Notes under the pieces: generated by a model | Database searches by the model: none | The model's input: the letters and a program-made list of their open reading frames with translations, nothing else | What the model was told of the DNA's origin: nothing | Program-made: the position numbers and the translations under genes | In this document: one piece after another, positions 37,610-50,162 of the stretch | How positions within the stretch are numbered: the stretch's first letter is position 1 | Layout: the number at the start of each line of letters is the position of its first letter | Source of the DNA: Chiloscyllium plagiosum | Taxonomy: Eukaryota | Direction of reading: 5' to 3' | NCBI RefSeq assembly: GCF_004010195.1 | Contig: NC_057726.1 | Span: forward strand, 61,896,335-61,960,334 | DNA length: 64,000 nt

Positions 37610-38820
37610 TGTTTTATAATCGCTCATGCAATGTAGGCATGGCTGTCTAGGGCAAAGATTTATTGCTAATCCCTAGTCACCCTTGGAAGGTGGTAATGAG
37701 CTTCTTTCTTGAGGTGTCCAATCCATTTGATGTAGGTAGGCCTCAGTGGCATTCAGGAAGAATTTCCAGCATCTTGACCGATGAGCAATGATTCTTTCCA
37801 AGTCCGGATGGTGAGTGGTTTGGAAGGAAGGTGATGGTGTTCACATTAATTTGCCATGTTTATCTTTTTTACATGATAGTGGTCATGGATTTGGAAGGTG
37901 TTTTCTATGGAGCCTTGGTGGATTTCTGCAATTAATGTTACAGATGGTATACACTGCTGTGACTGAACATCATACTGGAGGGAAAAAATGTTTGTGGATT
38001 TGATGCCAATCAATGAAACAACTTTGGTCCACATGGCATCAAGCTTCTTGAGTGCTGTTGGAGCTGCACTCACCCAGGCAAGAATGGAGTATTCCATCAC
38101 ATTCCTGGCCAGTGGTCCCTCCTGTGCATATGCACAGCTGCTCCAATGTTCCACCCATGGCTATTGTCATCAGCACGTTGATCATGGCATTGAATTCTGG
38201 TTCTGGAATTTGTTGCTGTGCACACGTCTTGGAGGCTTGTGCAGCTTTAAGGAAAATTATAGGGAATGTTGCTCCTGACATTGGACTAGTAATTGGTGAA
38301 TAGTATTTGAGTCAAGAAGCAAGAAACATAGTGCAGGGTTCCTCAGTTTTAACCTGCTTTGATAGCCAAGATATTCATATGGCTTGTAGAGTTCAGTTTC
38401 TGGTCATTGATAACCAGGATGGTGATGGTTGGGGTTTTGTTGACCGGGATTTTTTGATAGCAATACCATTGAATATCAAGGTACGATGCTTAGATTCTCC
38501 TCTAAGCTTGGCACATTTGTGACACCAACATCACTTACCAAATCTCATCACAAACTGCAGGTCATGCTGCATTTGAGTCATGGGCTGCTTCAGTATCTGA
38601 GGAGATGCGAATGGTGCTGAACACTGCACAATCAATGAACATTCAGACTTCCAACCTTATGATGGAGGAAAAGTTATTTATCAAGTATCTGATAAGGGTT
38701 AGATCTCGGACATGACTCTATCTCTTCAATGTCACTTTGCCAGGAGTTCCAGGATTTTGATTCATAGTTGATGAAGGCAATTTGTTATATGTCCAGCTCA
38801 GACATAGTATGTGACTTTGA
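37610..38820 (-). mobile_element. CR1/L2-group LINE 3' part
   Basis: RNVMEYSILAWVSAAPTALKKLDA; tail homologous to 465-925. Confidence 0.7.
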
Positions 38821-39299
38821 TAGAAACTTGGATGTCACATTATTTCTTTTTAGACTGTGACGTTTCAGTTTCTGGACTTTGTTGAAGAATCTTTGGAGCA
38901 TTGCTGCTACGAGTTCTAAGGCAATATGTACCTTAGAACACACAATGCAGAAACATAAGTATGTCATGAATATGTTCAATTTCAAGAAAATAGTTGTCTC
39001 TTGGACAGTTCCTGGTTTTTAAGTAATTGTTGCAGTTGCTCCTTTTCAGAGATAAAATGCATTTTCTATGAAACGCCTCGTCTATATCTTGTCAGTTGTT
39101 CAGGAGCTTGGAGGTGTTATGAGATGAGCTTATTGTTACAAATAACTCAGCTTCTGATGTGCTCTAGTGGTCAGAGCCATGATAGCTGTTGCAGTACAGC
39201 TTCTGATCCCTGTATAATTGGACAGCAGGATTGAAGCAACTGAAGTGCTGCCACTTTGCCACCAAGTCTTGGCATGGAGGCCAGGCATATACACCAGTC

Positions 39300-40490
39300 T
39301 GTCATAGAGTCATAGAGATGTACAGTATGGAAATGGATGCTTCCGTGCAACTCATCCATATTGATCAGATATCATCAACTAATCTAATTCCATTTGCCAG
39401 CTTTTTGTCCCAGATCCCTCTAAACCCTTTCTATTCATGTACCGGTCATATTTGCACCAGCCTCCACCATTTCCTCTGGCAGCTCATTCTATACAAGGAA
39501 CAACCTTTGCATGAAAAGGTTGCTCCTTGGATCCCTTTTAGAACATTCCCCTCTCACCTTAAACCTATGCCCCTAGGTTTTGACTTCCCTACTCTGGGGA
39601 AAAGACCTTGGCAATTCACCCTATCCATGCCCCTCATGATTTTATAAACCTCTATAAGGTTATCCCTTAGTATTGGATGTTCCAGCAAAAACAGTCCCAG
39701 CCTATTCAGCCTTTCCCCATAGCTCAAACCCTCCAATGCTAACAACATCCTTGTAAATCTTTTCTGAACCCTTTCAAGTTTCAAAACTTATTTCCCATAT
39801 CAGAGAGACCTGAACTGAATACAATATTCCAAAAGTGGCCTAACCAATGTCTGTACAACCACAAAATGACCTCCCTAATCCTATTCTCAATGAACTTACC
39901 AATAAAGGCAAATATACAAAACTCCTCCTTCACTATCCTGTCTACCTGTGACTCCATTGTCAAGGAGCTACGAACCTGCACCCATGGCCTCTTTGTTCAG
40001 CAATACTCCCTTGGATCCTACCATCAAGTATAGAAGTCCTGTCCTGATTTGTCTGTCCAAAATGCAGCACCTCACGTTTATCTAAATTATATACCATTTG
40101 CCACTCCTCAGCCCATTTGCCCATCTGATCAAAGTTCTGCTGTATTCTGAGGTAACATTCTTCACTGTCCAAGAAACCACTAATTTTTGTGTCATCTGCA
40201 AACTTATTAACCATACCGCCTACAAATCATTTACACGAATGACAAAAAACAGTTGACACAGCACTGTTCTTTGTGGTATGCCAGTGGTAACAAGCCTCTA
40301 ATCCAAAAGACAACTCTCCACCACCATTCTCTTTCTCCTACCTTCAAGCCAATTTTGTATCCAATTGGCTCTCCCTGGATTCCATGCGATTGAGCCATGT
40401 GGAAGTCTACCATGTAGAACCTTGTCACATGCCTTGTGCTCAATGTTCTGCCTTCATCAATCTTCTTCATCACTTCTTCAAAAAACTCAG
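39300..40490 (-). mobile_element. 5'-truncated CR1 (HER1-like) LINE
   Basis: KFADDTKI, LERVQKRFTRML, NLIEVYKIMRG; tail catagagtcatagag. Confidence 0.93.
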
Positions 40491-41159
40491 TTGATCAGAA
40501 GACTGTTGGGTATGGGAAGTGATATAAGGTTGGAGGAGCTTGGAAATGTACAGAGAATGATTTTATTGAGCAGTTTGAACATTACGGCAAGGGTTTAATA
40601 TCAGTGTTTTGAGAACAACAGTTGGTGCCTTTTGCCCCAACTTTCTTATTTCATTTCCCAATGAGAATGGGGAGTAGAGAGGTTAGGAGGGAAGGATGAA
40701 CAGGGCTTAGTGTAGAATATGGAAAAGTAGCTGAGTTTTAACAATGGAGAGTTTATGGCATAATGAAAGGAGGACGCTGCTGAGAAAGATGGTTGTGATT
40801 TTAATACAATTGATTCTGGGAGTAGTGGGGCAGGAGAGATATTAGCTCCTGTGGGAGAAGTCAAAATTCTTGGTAATATCACAGTTGGAGCTGTATCTGC
40901 ATCAAATAAAATATTAAATTTTTGCAGATTTTGTTTGACCTGAATTTTTGCCAAGGGAGCAGCTAATATGTGACAATTATTGTTACTTCTTCATTAGGTT
41001 TGAGTTTTCCTGTTCAACGAGAGAAAATATTGCAAGCATTGTGATGTTCATCATGCATATTGAGAGTGTACATGTAGTCATGAGTTCGGGGGAGGTGATG
41101 GGGAAGTGTCATCAGCTTATTAATGGATTCTGTCCATTATAAATTGGACTGATTATAAT

Positions 41160-41390
41160 GTAGAGGGGAAAGATTTTGAAGAGACCTACGGGGCAACTTT
41201 TTCATGCAGAAGGCGGTGCATGTATGGAAGGAGCTGCTATAGGAAGTGGTGAGGCTGGTATAATTACAATATTTAAAAGGCATCTGGATGGGTATATACA
41301 TAGGAAGGGTTTAGAGGGATATGGGGCAAATGCTGGCAAATGGGAACAGATTAATTTAGGATATCTAGTCAGCATGGATGAGTTGGACCA
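41160..41390 (+). mobile_element. CR1 3' end fragment
   Basis: ggggcaactttttcatgcagaagg...tttaaaaggcatctggatggg...atggatgagttggacc. Confidence 0.85.
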
Positions 41391-41837
41391 AAAGGCACAT
41401 TCTTTTCAGTGTCCTGGGCCCAGAAATTTTCAGCTGCTTCAGCAATGACTCTGAGCCAAAGATGTGTAATCCTCAGTTAAGTGACGGAGGGCTGCTGTCA
41501 GTCAAGAGTCCTGGTACAGTCTGTCAAGATCACTTGCAGTCAGGGACTCAGGACGTTCCTCTCACTGCAGTCCAGGTACAGTGGAAGCAGGAGATTGTCA
41601 GCTGGGGAGGTGTATGGAGAGTGGTCAGTGTGAAAGCTGCACAATATCACAGAACTGTTTCCTGCTCAACTTAAACTGTAAGTATGCGACATGCTCTTAT
41701 ATGCAATGTTTTCTTTTGTGGATGATATGGATCTGGGGAGAAGAGATCAGTATTCATGCAGCACTTACAACCTTCTACTGTCTCTTTGTGGTATGACTGG
41801 TACTGCACTGATTAGATTAAGGTGCAATGTCTAAGTT

Positions 41838-41920
41838 CAAAACAACAAATGCTGCAGGCCACAGCAGGTCAGACAGAATCTTTGAAGAGAGAGCAAGCTA
41901 ACGTTCTGGCTTCACCAGAA
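41838..41920 (-). mobile_element. PLE-like family 3-related fragment
   Basis: aaatgctgcaggccacagcaggtcagacag...gagagagcaagctaacgtt. Confidence 0.5.
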
Positions 41921-41929
41921 CACTATTTT

Positions 41930-42930
41930 GTGCTCTCTCCCCATAGCCTTTCATCCCTTTAACCTGAGAGCTGTATTTAACTCTTTTTTGGAAAACATTC
42001 AAGGTTTTAGTCTCAACTGCTTCCTGTGGCACAGAATTTCACAAGCTCATCACTCCTTGGGTGAATAAATTTCCATCTCAGTCCTATACAGTCTGCCCAT
42101 ATCTTTCAGCTGTGATCCTGGTTCTGAACTCCCTAGTCATGGGGAATGTACTTCCTGCATATATTCTGTCTAGTCCTATTAGCATGTTATAGATTTCTAT
42201 GAGAGACCCCTTCCTCGTGTTTCTAAATGTTGGTGTAAATAGTCCTCACCAATCAAATCTGTCATCAAACATTAGCCTTGCTATCTTAGGGATAGCTGTA
42301 CTGCAGACACCCCTTTCCCCTACCCTTCCCACAAAAGAGAAGATTGTTCCTCTGATAAAGAGACTCAGAACTGCACATAACTCACTAGTTATGGCTTCTC
42401 CAAGTCCTTGTACAATTATATGAAGGCATCCTGTTCCTGTGTTCATATCCTCTTGCTGTGAAGGTAAACATATCATTTGCTTTTTTTACTGCCTACTGCA
42501 CCTGTAACCTTATTTTCAGTGACTAGTGTACTAAGACACCCCAGTCTCAGTGCACTCCCCACTTTCCCAATCTATAGCCACTCAGATAATAACCTAGTTT
42601 CCTGTTTTTGCTATCAAAGTGGGTAACCTCACATTTATCCACATTATACTTCATCTGCCATGCATTTGCTCACTCATTCAACTTCCTCAAAACACACTGA
42701 ATCACCTCTGCGTCATTATCACAGTTCACCCTCCCACCCAGCTTTATAAGTGAAACGGTGGGTCCAAACATTGATACTTGCTTCACTCAACTAGTCAGTG
42801 GCTGCCATTTGGAAGATCCATTTGTTACAATATTTGTGTCCTATCAGCCAAACAGTTTTCCATCCAATTTGCTTTGATCTTAGTTGTAAGTTTCTGATAG
42901 GAGATTTCATCAAAAGCCTTCTGAAAATAG
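41930..42930 (-). mobile_element. Decayed CR1 RT/3' region
   Basis: gtaacctcacatttatccacattatacttcatctgcca; catcaaaagccttctgaaaat (DFQKAFD on the minus strand). Confidence 0.8.
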
Positions 42931-43567
42931 AAACTACTCGCGATAGAAATTAGAAATACAGATGAAAATGGAAATGAACTGAAGAGTAGAAGAATATCTC
43001 TTGCAGAGAGACAGTGAGCACCTAAAGGGCCAAAACACCCTTTTGCTGTGTTATAAAATTTTAAAATTTGACAGAACGAAGTTTTTCCACAGACGTATTT
43101 AGCAGTTAACTTTTCCAGTTTTAAAGTTCCTGACAGCGTAAAGCTCCTGAAATGTTTCTTTTAAAAAAAAATACACCATTACACATCATACAGATTAAAA
43201 ATACACCTGTACCAAATGAAGACGGTTTGCAGAGTAGGGTAGGTGGGTAGGGTGCACAAATGCAGATGGTTTTCCTACTCATGACAAAGCAGAGGATTTG
43301 TGACCTGCTGAGAGGGACACTTCCATTGCATCCACCCATTTCTTCCTAGCATGTAAGGCATGCATTTAAGCTACAGACAAGTTTTCATGTATCAGGATAA
43401 GGTATGCAAGACAGTATCTTGACAGCAACAAATTAATAAAATCAAACAAAAAGAAGGCAAATTAAAATTCTTCCAATACATTGTGTTGAAAACTCTCCTG
43501 AAAATACACTTGAGTACAGGAAGGAGTTGAATATATGTGGCATAATATTATTTTAAATCTCCTTCAG

Positions 43568-43671
43568 TACTCCCAACTCCACTAAAGATAATCTCTTCAG
43601 CACCAGGAGATGGTTCGTCTACTTCTCTGTTGCTCATGTATAACACAGCTGAATTTTACCCAGAGAAAATA
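43568..43671 (+). pseudogene. Truncated, decayed C1-domain exon of a paralog
   Basis: ctccttcag acceptor; phase 1 reads VLPTPLKIISSAPGDGSSTSLLLMYNTAEFYPEKI, aligning to ASPHPLKII...CKTSGFYP of the intact exon. B-strand Cys is replaced by Tyr (TAT); homology breaks and a stop follows. Confidence 0.75.
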
Positions 43672-44006
43672 GGGGAAATTAATTTAATTCTTTAGCTCAT
43701 AGTTGCAAACTGTATTCTTGATGGATCAAATTTCCAATTGCTTGGAAATGATGCAACCACAATATAGAGAAATGTTAGCAATATATTTTCTATGTTCTAT
43801 ATATAGCAACATTTATGTAATTGGGAAGATAACTGACAAATGATATTTAATACTGAAAATGTGCAATCAGTGAAAATATTTACATTAACTAAACATTGGA
43901 TTAAATACAAGTTTTGTGGAATGCTCGGAATAATGACTTGGAATTGACATAAGAGCAACCTCTTCCCAACAAGAGGGAATTATTGATAAACCAAGTATAC
44001 ATACAG

Positions 44007-44195
44007 GGCAAAAATGAGGACTGCAGATGCTGGGAACCAGAGATTAGATCAGAGTGATGCTGGAAAAGCACAGCAGGTCAGACAGCACCCGAGGAGCAGG
44101 AAAATCGACGTTTCAGGCAAAAGCCCTTCATCAGGAATCCTGATGAAGGGCTTTTGCCCGAAACATTGATTTCCCTGCTCCTTGGATGCTGCCTG
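44007..44195. mobile_element. Fold-back PLE-like element, family 1, with two divergently oriented hammerhead cores
   Basis: Minus core 44107-44134 (CTGATGAAGGGCTTTTGCCTGAAACGTC), plus core 44140-44167 (CTGATGAAGGGCTTTTGCCCGAAACATT); 17-bp direct repeat accaagtatacatacag (43990-44006, 44196-44212). Confidence 0.85.
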
Positions 44196-46799
44196 ACCAA
44201 GTATACATACAGCCAGGTCATTATTTCTATATAAGGACAGAGATTTTCCAACATTTTGTAATTATCTGGTAAGACCATAATGTACAACTATGGTCTTCAT
44301 TTCTCAAAAGATAAAGACACTTGTGCTGGACTGGGTGAATCCAAGTATTAAGGACACGTTAGAACATTCAGATTAGGCTGTAAATTTGAAGAGAAGGGTA
44401 AATATGTGATATTGATAAGACACATTCAGCGTTGATTCCAACCAGTGGACTATTGGATTAAATGGGTAAAATTTAAATTAAAAATTAGCCAACAATGATA
44501 AAGCTTTAGAGAGTTTGCAGGGTTATATGCGAGTGAACAAAAGCTTAGATCAATTGGAATCACGAAAGAGTGGATTCACTTTTCTCACTCTTGTCTATTT
44601 TGGAATATTTTTGACACTACTTCGGTCCATATTCACCCATTAATTTTAATGATATGATTAGAACTATATGTTTTATTTGGAGAACCTGCACCCTTTACAA
44701 AGAAACTCAAAACTCTATTTGGTAGAGGCTGCATACAGTTAGATTAGATGGTTTCTCCTTTCTTTGACATTTGTTTCATTCTTGCATACTATTTTGTTTC
44801 ACATTCATGCATTCTTTATATCCGATGAACACTGAAACATTTTGTATGTCCAAACCATGTTGGTGGACAACACAGTTATATTTTTATGGATAATAAGATG
44901 TTTGTGTTATTTTCTCAGCTTTGTAATATTATTAATCTTTCACTTTACCTAATGTTATTTGCTACTTAATCACACAATTACTTAATGTGATTCAGAGCCT
45001 GCAATATATTGGGATTTGAAGTGTTTTCATGAAAATTGTTGCTGATTTTTAGCTGTACAAAAGTAATGGTATATATTGAAAATAGCTTTTTAAAATGTAC
45101 AAGTCAAGTGGTAAAAACAGACGCAGAAAAATCCCGTTAATTTATTTGGAGAACATGGGCGTCCACTCTATAGGAAACCTGATAATGCTTCCATATTGCC
45201 ACATTTTCTAAAGATGTATCCATTTAAGAGGGCATACAAACATGAAGAAGAAAATGGAAAATGGTCCAGTTTTTCATTTCACTGTAACCAAATCACAGAG
45301 TATCAGGGCACAAATATTTAACATTATGAAATGGTGGGACAGAGTAGTTATAACCAAAGTATTTCCCTCAGTAATAATACAACCTCGAATGAGACAGAAT
45401 CTAAGTTTCGATAATAAATGCAAGTGGTTTAGAACAAAGTCAAGATAGATATCTTTTCAGAGAGACTTGAGATGCTGTGGGGTTACTTTTCAGGGTAATT
45501 TGTTAAACCAACAAGCTATGGTGACATGCAGGGTTAGACTGGTGATTATGTGAATGAAACAAGAAAAAGAGGTGAGATGAAGTATAAGGATAGCATGGAT
45601 AGGTTGTCTCGCGTGGAAGGTGACTGTCAGTAGTGAATGAGTAACCGTGGCCTTTACATTACAGAAACTGTATTGTGCTTATATGCTAGCTTGATTGCAA
45701 ATTGTTCACTTGCTTCACTGAATTCCGCATACAAAAAAGTTTGATCTAATCCCGAGTTTATCACAGATGTGTTTAATCAGATTGTAACCATCTCTGTATG
45801 TTATAATCAATAATGTTTTCTCTATTTGTACCGCTCCTTTATCCATTTGATTGCAAATATTCTGCACTCTGATTCTGCCTCAACATGTCACATTTTATTT
45901 CTAAATATCCATTCAACAGTACCCCCATTCTTTATTCATCAAAAGCCTATCAACACCCCTATCTATTCAATTCACTAGGATACTGATCTTGATTTGGTTG
46001 AAGTGCAGCCCTTCAAACTGATGAGCTCCCTTACTCCTCAGCACTGATTCCAGTTCCCCAGAATGGAAGCCTTTATTTCCTCCGACATTCTTTGAGGCTT
46101 ACATTTAATTCTCTAAGCTTTTTTTTTTATTCAAGTTCTATTGGCACATAGCTTAGGACCGAGTAATTATTAGCTTTCATTTTCTGCATTTTAATTTGTA
46201 AGCCAAATATACAAACTATCACAGCAAAACACCAATTTCAGTTCTACAAATGCATTTGGTATCTCAGTTGACCAACAGAATATTGGTGGAGCCTATTTAA
46301 TTAGCCCTGAGTAAATTCCTTTTAAATTGTTTATCACACATATTTAAAAGGAAATCTAGAAGCTAAATAGCAAAAGCTTTATTTAGATAATATTTAATGC
46401 AATTAATTGCACTAAAAGAATATTCTCAGATTCTCAGTGGGCAATACATAAAGGGAGAAAATTGTAACACATTGTTTTGACATGTATGGATCATTTTTGT
46501 TTTATGTTCTTAACACTTCAGTGACAACATTGAGCTCTCAAGAATGTCTGTAGCTTTTGTTTCAATAAAGGAGTTGACTTGCTACTTTATTGTTTTTGAA
46601 AGAAACCTAGATATGCTGCAAAACTTCAGATAAACGTGATATGAAACACAAAGATTAATTTCTACAGGGTGAAGTAGGAATGTACACAGATATTATTCCT
46701 TGTTTGTATAGTCTCTCAATTAAATTTAATGATCAGGAGTTTATTTCATCAGAACCTCACACCTTCAAAGAGATGTCTTCAAAAAGAAGTAATGTTAAC

Positions 46800-48360
46800 A
46801 GAAGTCATAGAATCATAGAGATTTTACGGCACGGAAAAAGTCATCTCCCCAACGTATCCACATGGGTTATCAAGCATGTATTCAAATCACATTCATCATC
46901 ACTCAGTCCACAGCCTGGAATGCTATGGCATCTCACATTTTCATCTCAAAATTTCTTACACTACAAACAGCAAAACACCAGCACTGCCTATATATTACAC
47001 CGCTGGACACGTTGGCAGTCACAAAAACATAATTGAACCATCCCTTTCTGCTCCCTGCCACAAAGTCAAATTTGGATCTAATTTGCCTAGGATCACCTGA
47101 CTGTTAGCTTCATAGTCAATCTGTCATGTTAGATCTTGTCCAAAGCTGTACTGAAATTCATATCGTGTGCATCTATTAAGTTATCCCTACATACACACTT
47201 AGACTTCATCGCAAAAGCTTCAATCAAATGCTTTAGACATGATCTCCCACTGACAAAGCTGTGACTATATTTGATTAATTATTGTTACTCTTTGTGGAAA
47301 TTAATTCTGAACATCAGAATCTTTTGTAATGATTTCCCTAACATTGTGTTATACTCACTGGCCTTTAATCTATTCCTGGCACCCTTCTTGAATAATGACA
47401 TCACATTAGCTGTTCTTCAGTTCTCTGGCACTCCTCCTATGTGAGAGAACATTTGAAAGTTATCACCAGAACCCTTGCCCGCCATAGTAGCCTGGATGTG
47501 TCTCAAATGGCCCTGTGGCTTTCTCTACTTATGAGCCTGCTACAATTGCTAATACCTACTCTGTCCCAATGCTACTTTTTATTTACATCACAGATGTGGC
47601 CTGTGATTTCTATACTCATGTTGTCTATCTCTTATCACGAATACAGATGCAAAGAAGACATTTTAAATCACAGCTATGTCCTCATTGCCGCTGGCATTCT
47701 TAATGGGGCCTACTCTTTCCCTGGATATTCCCATGCAAATGATTTACTCACAAACATTTATAGATATTCCACAATGTTACCTGCCAATGATTTTGTTTCA
47801 TGTCACTCTCCTATCTCCGAAATTATTTATTTAAGTAATCCCCTGAACTTAAAACACTCCTCTAAGGCATTCATTGCTTTGCAGCCTCTGCAGAGCCACA
47901 ATTCCTTCTGTCTCCATTGTCCTTATTCTGATATCCCACACCATCCAGGGTTCTCTGAAATGGTTCATCCCACCCTTCACTTTTCCAAGAACATGTTTGA
48001 CATGTACTCTCACTATTGTCCTTTTAAATGACCTCTACTACTCTGATGTGGATTTTCCTGCGAGTAGTTGATCCCAGCCAACTTTGGCCAGATCATGTAT
48101 TGTCATGTTGAAATTGGCATCCCTCCAATTCAGCGCCTTCCCTTTTAAGTCTATCGTTGCACTAATCTATAATTACGTTTAATCCTACTGAATTATGGCC
48201 GCCATCACCGAAATGCGCCTCAACTGACACGTGCTAATTCTCCGGCTTCTTTCTCTGAAGTTTGTTCCAGCATCGCGTCGTAAACCCCTACACCCCACCT
48301 CCCGGCATTCCAAACTTCCTTCATTAGACTTTCGAATGTTGCCTTCAATGCTCTCTCGAA
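46800..48360 (-). mobile_element. Heavily deleted CR1 LINE
   Basis: Tail catagaatcatagag at about 46807; RT-type remnants (gacatgatctcccactgacaaag; acccttcttgaataatgacatcacattagc). Confidence 0.7.
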
Positions 48361-48369
48361 TATATTTTA

Positions 48370-48573
48370 GGATATGGAGGTGCTGTTGTTGGCTCGGGTT
48401 GGACAAAGTCCGATGTCACGCGACATCAGGTTATAGTCCAACAGGTTTATTTGAAATCAAAAGCTTTTGGAGCCCTCCTCCTTCCTCAGGTGAAGTGGGG
48501 AAGGATGAGCGCTCCGAAAGCTTGTAATTTCAAATAAACCTCTTGGCCTATAACCTGGTGTCGTTTGACATCT
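48370..48573. mobile_element. Fold-back PLE-like element, family 2
   Basis: caggttatagtccaacaggtttatttgaaat / atttcaaataaacc...tataacctg arms; gctccGAAAGCTT; 12-bp direct repeat gaatatatttta (48358-48369, 48574-48585). Confidence 0.8.
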
Positions 48574-49073
48574 GAATATATTTTAAGAATTGCCCACCTC
48601 AGCTTTTCACACGCCGTTTATCCTCCAGACGGGGAAGCAAAGGGGTGCAAAAACAAATAAGAAATTGGAAAGTGAAGCAAAAGCAGAGTCAGAGACAAAT
48701 AGCAACATGAAATATAGCAAAAGCAAATTTGACAATCATCATTATTTGTGACTCGTGCAAAGTCCCGGGAGTTTGACGAATTCTTTATGTTATAGTCTTT
48801 TACCGCTTTGCTAAGACGACAAAACTGACAGTTTATTGAAATCAATGAGTAGTGTTACGGAAGTAATGATAATCCTTACGCTTTGGGCAGGAGGAATGTT
48901 CCTAACTCTGAGCCAAGAGGCCCGTGTTCAAGTGTACCTGCTCCGGAGATTTGAAATAATATCGCTGAACCGATTGATTAGAAAATATCACGTGCGTCTT
49001 TCCCTTTCTCCACTAGATGGCACTGCATTCTCTTCAAGATTGGAAGTGATCTATGACTTCTCAATTACATCAA

Positions 49074-49158
49074 CCACCGGTGAAGGAGCGGCGCTCCGAA
49101 AGCTAGTGCTTCCAATTAAACCTGTTAGACTATAACCTGGTGTCGTGTAATTTTTAAC
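49074..49158 (+). mobile_element. PLE-like element, family 2, hammerhead-like core with damaged 5' strand
   Basis: cac-CGGTGA-A-GGAGC-GGC-GCTCC-GAAAGCTA-gtg; 12-bp direct repeat caattacatcaa (49062-49073, 49159-49170). Confidence 0.8.
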
Positions 49159-49986
49159 CAATTACATCAATGCAGCAAAAATATTCTTTTTCTTCCTAGC
49201 AGGAGTGTACCCGGATTGGGAAACATGCTGCTACGCTTAATGAGTCTGAACTCGCCGTGAAATTCTTAACTAAGTACGAAGTGATGTATGACAATTAAAG
49301 ACAATCTGATGTAGAAATGATTATTTAGTTTTTCATGTTTCCATTTGGAAAACTGCAAATTGTTTCAGCAATAAAAAATAGCCACGTGATTCATACAAGC
49401 ACACCAGATGTTGCTCTGGTATTGCCTTTGTCACATTTTCTCAGATCCATTTTGTAATTTGGTTTAAATGTAATGACATGGTCACAAAGTAACGACAGAG
49501 ACAAAAACATTCAAACCAATATGATAAGCAAAGACATTCGACGGAGCCATACTGGAAAGCCATGTTTCCAATGTGAAATGACGATATATGTATTTCAGCT
49601 GTAAATCATTTACATTCATTCAAATGCAAACTGAATTCATTTCAGGAAACAACTTTTTGAGATACAGTACATGGGCAATTTGAGACATGACGTGATAGGT
49701 GCCACATGATTGAGAGCAGTAGATTAGTTTCGACTGGGTCAGGAACTGATGGACTGAGTTACAGAGACCGACTGTCATAACTAATCAACATCAGAATCAC
49801 TGTATCATCCAACAACTGTTGGTTAGATAGATCTTACAATTTTTATCTTTTTTGTCCAATAATTCCGACGTTTCCTAAATAGATCAATTCATTTTTATGA
49901 TTGACATCTATTACAGTAAAATTGAGATGGTCTGAATGGTGCTCATTCTAGTATTGGAGTTTTGTTGTATTTCATCTATATTGCAG

Positions 49987-50100
49987 GTACAAGCATTGCC
50001 TCCTGCAGTTACTGAATCTTTGATATTGTCGTGGGTTCTCTGGCAATCATAATATTGTTGCTTATCCTGGCTGATGATTTCATATTGTGGAGAGGTAAAG
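49987..50100 (+). pseudogene. TM exon of the paralog with an in-frame stop
   Basis: ttgcag acceptor, aaag|gtaag donor; 114 nt, phase 1-1, same as 6700-6813. GTSIASCSY*IFDIVVGSLAIIILLLILADDFILWRGK; TGA sits at the codon that is TGG (Trp) in the intact gene. Confidence 0.75.
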
Positions 50101-50162
50101 GTAAGAGTCGCTGTTTTAACTGGATAGTTCGAATTAAACAGTTTAGAAAAGGGAAACATATG

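Noticed and set aside
41410-41677. Apparent exon bounded by cag and gtaagt
   Set aside because: Starts with the LINE RT motif VLGPEIFSCFSND; phase 1 frame has an early stop.
47441-48031. 196-aa hydrophobic ORF
   Set aside because: Antisense to a decayed CR1; no domain signature.
48836-49135. Signal-peptide-like ORF
   Set aside because: Runs through a SINE-like fragment and a PLE-like insert; no splice donor.
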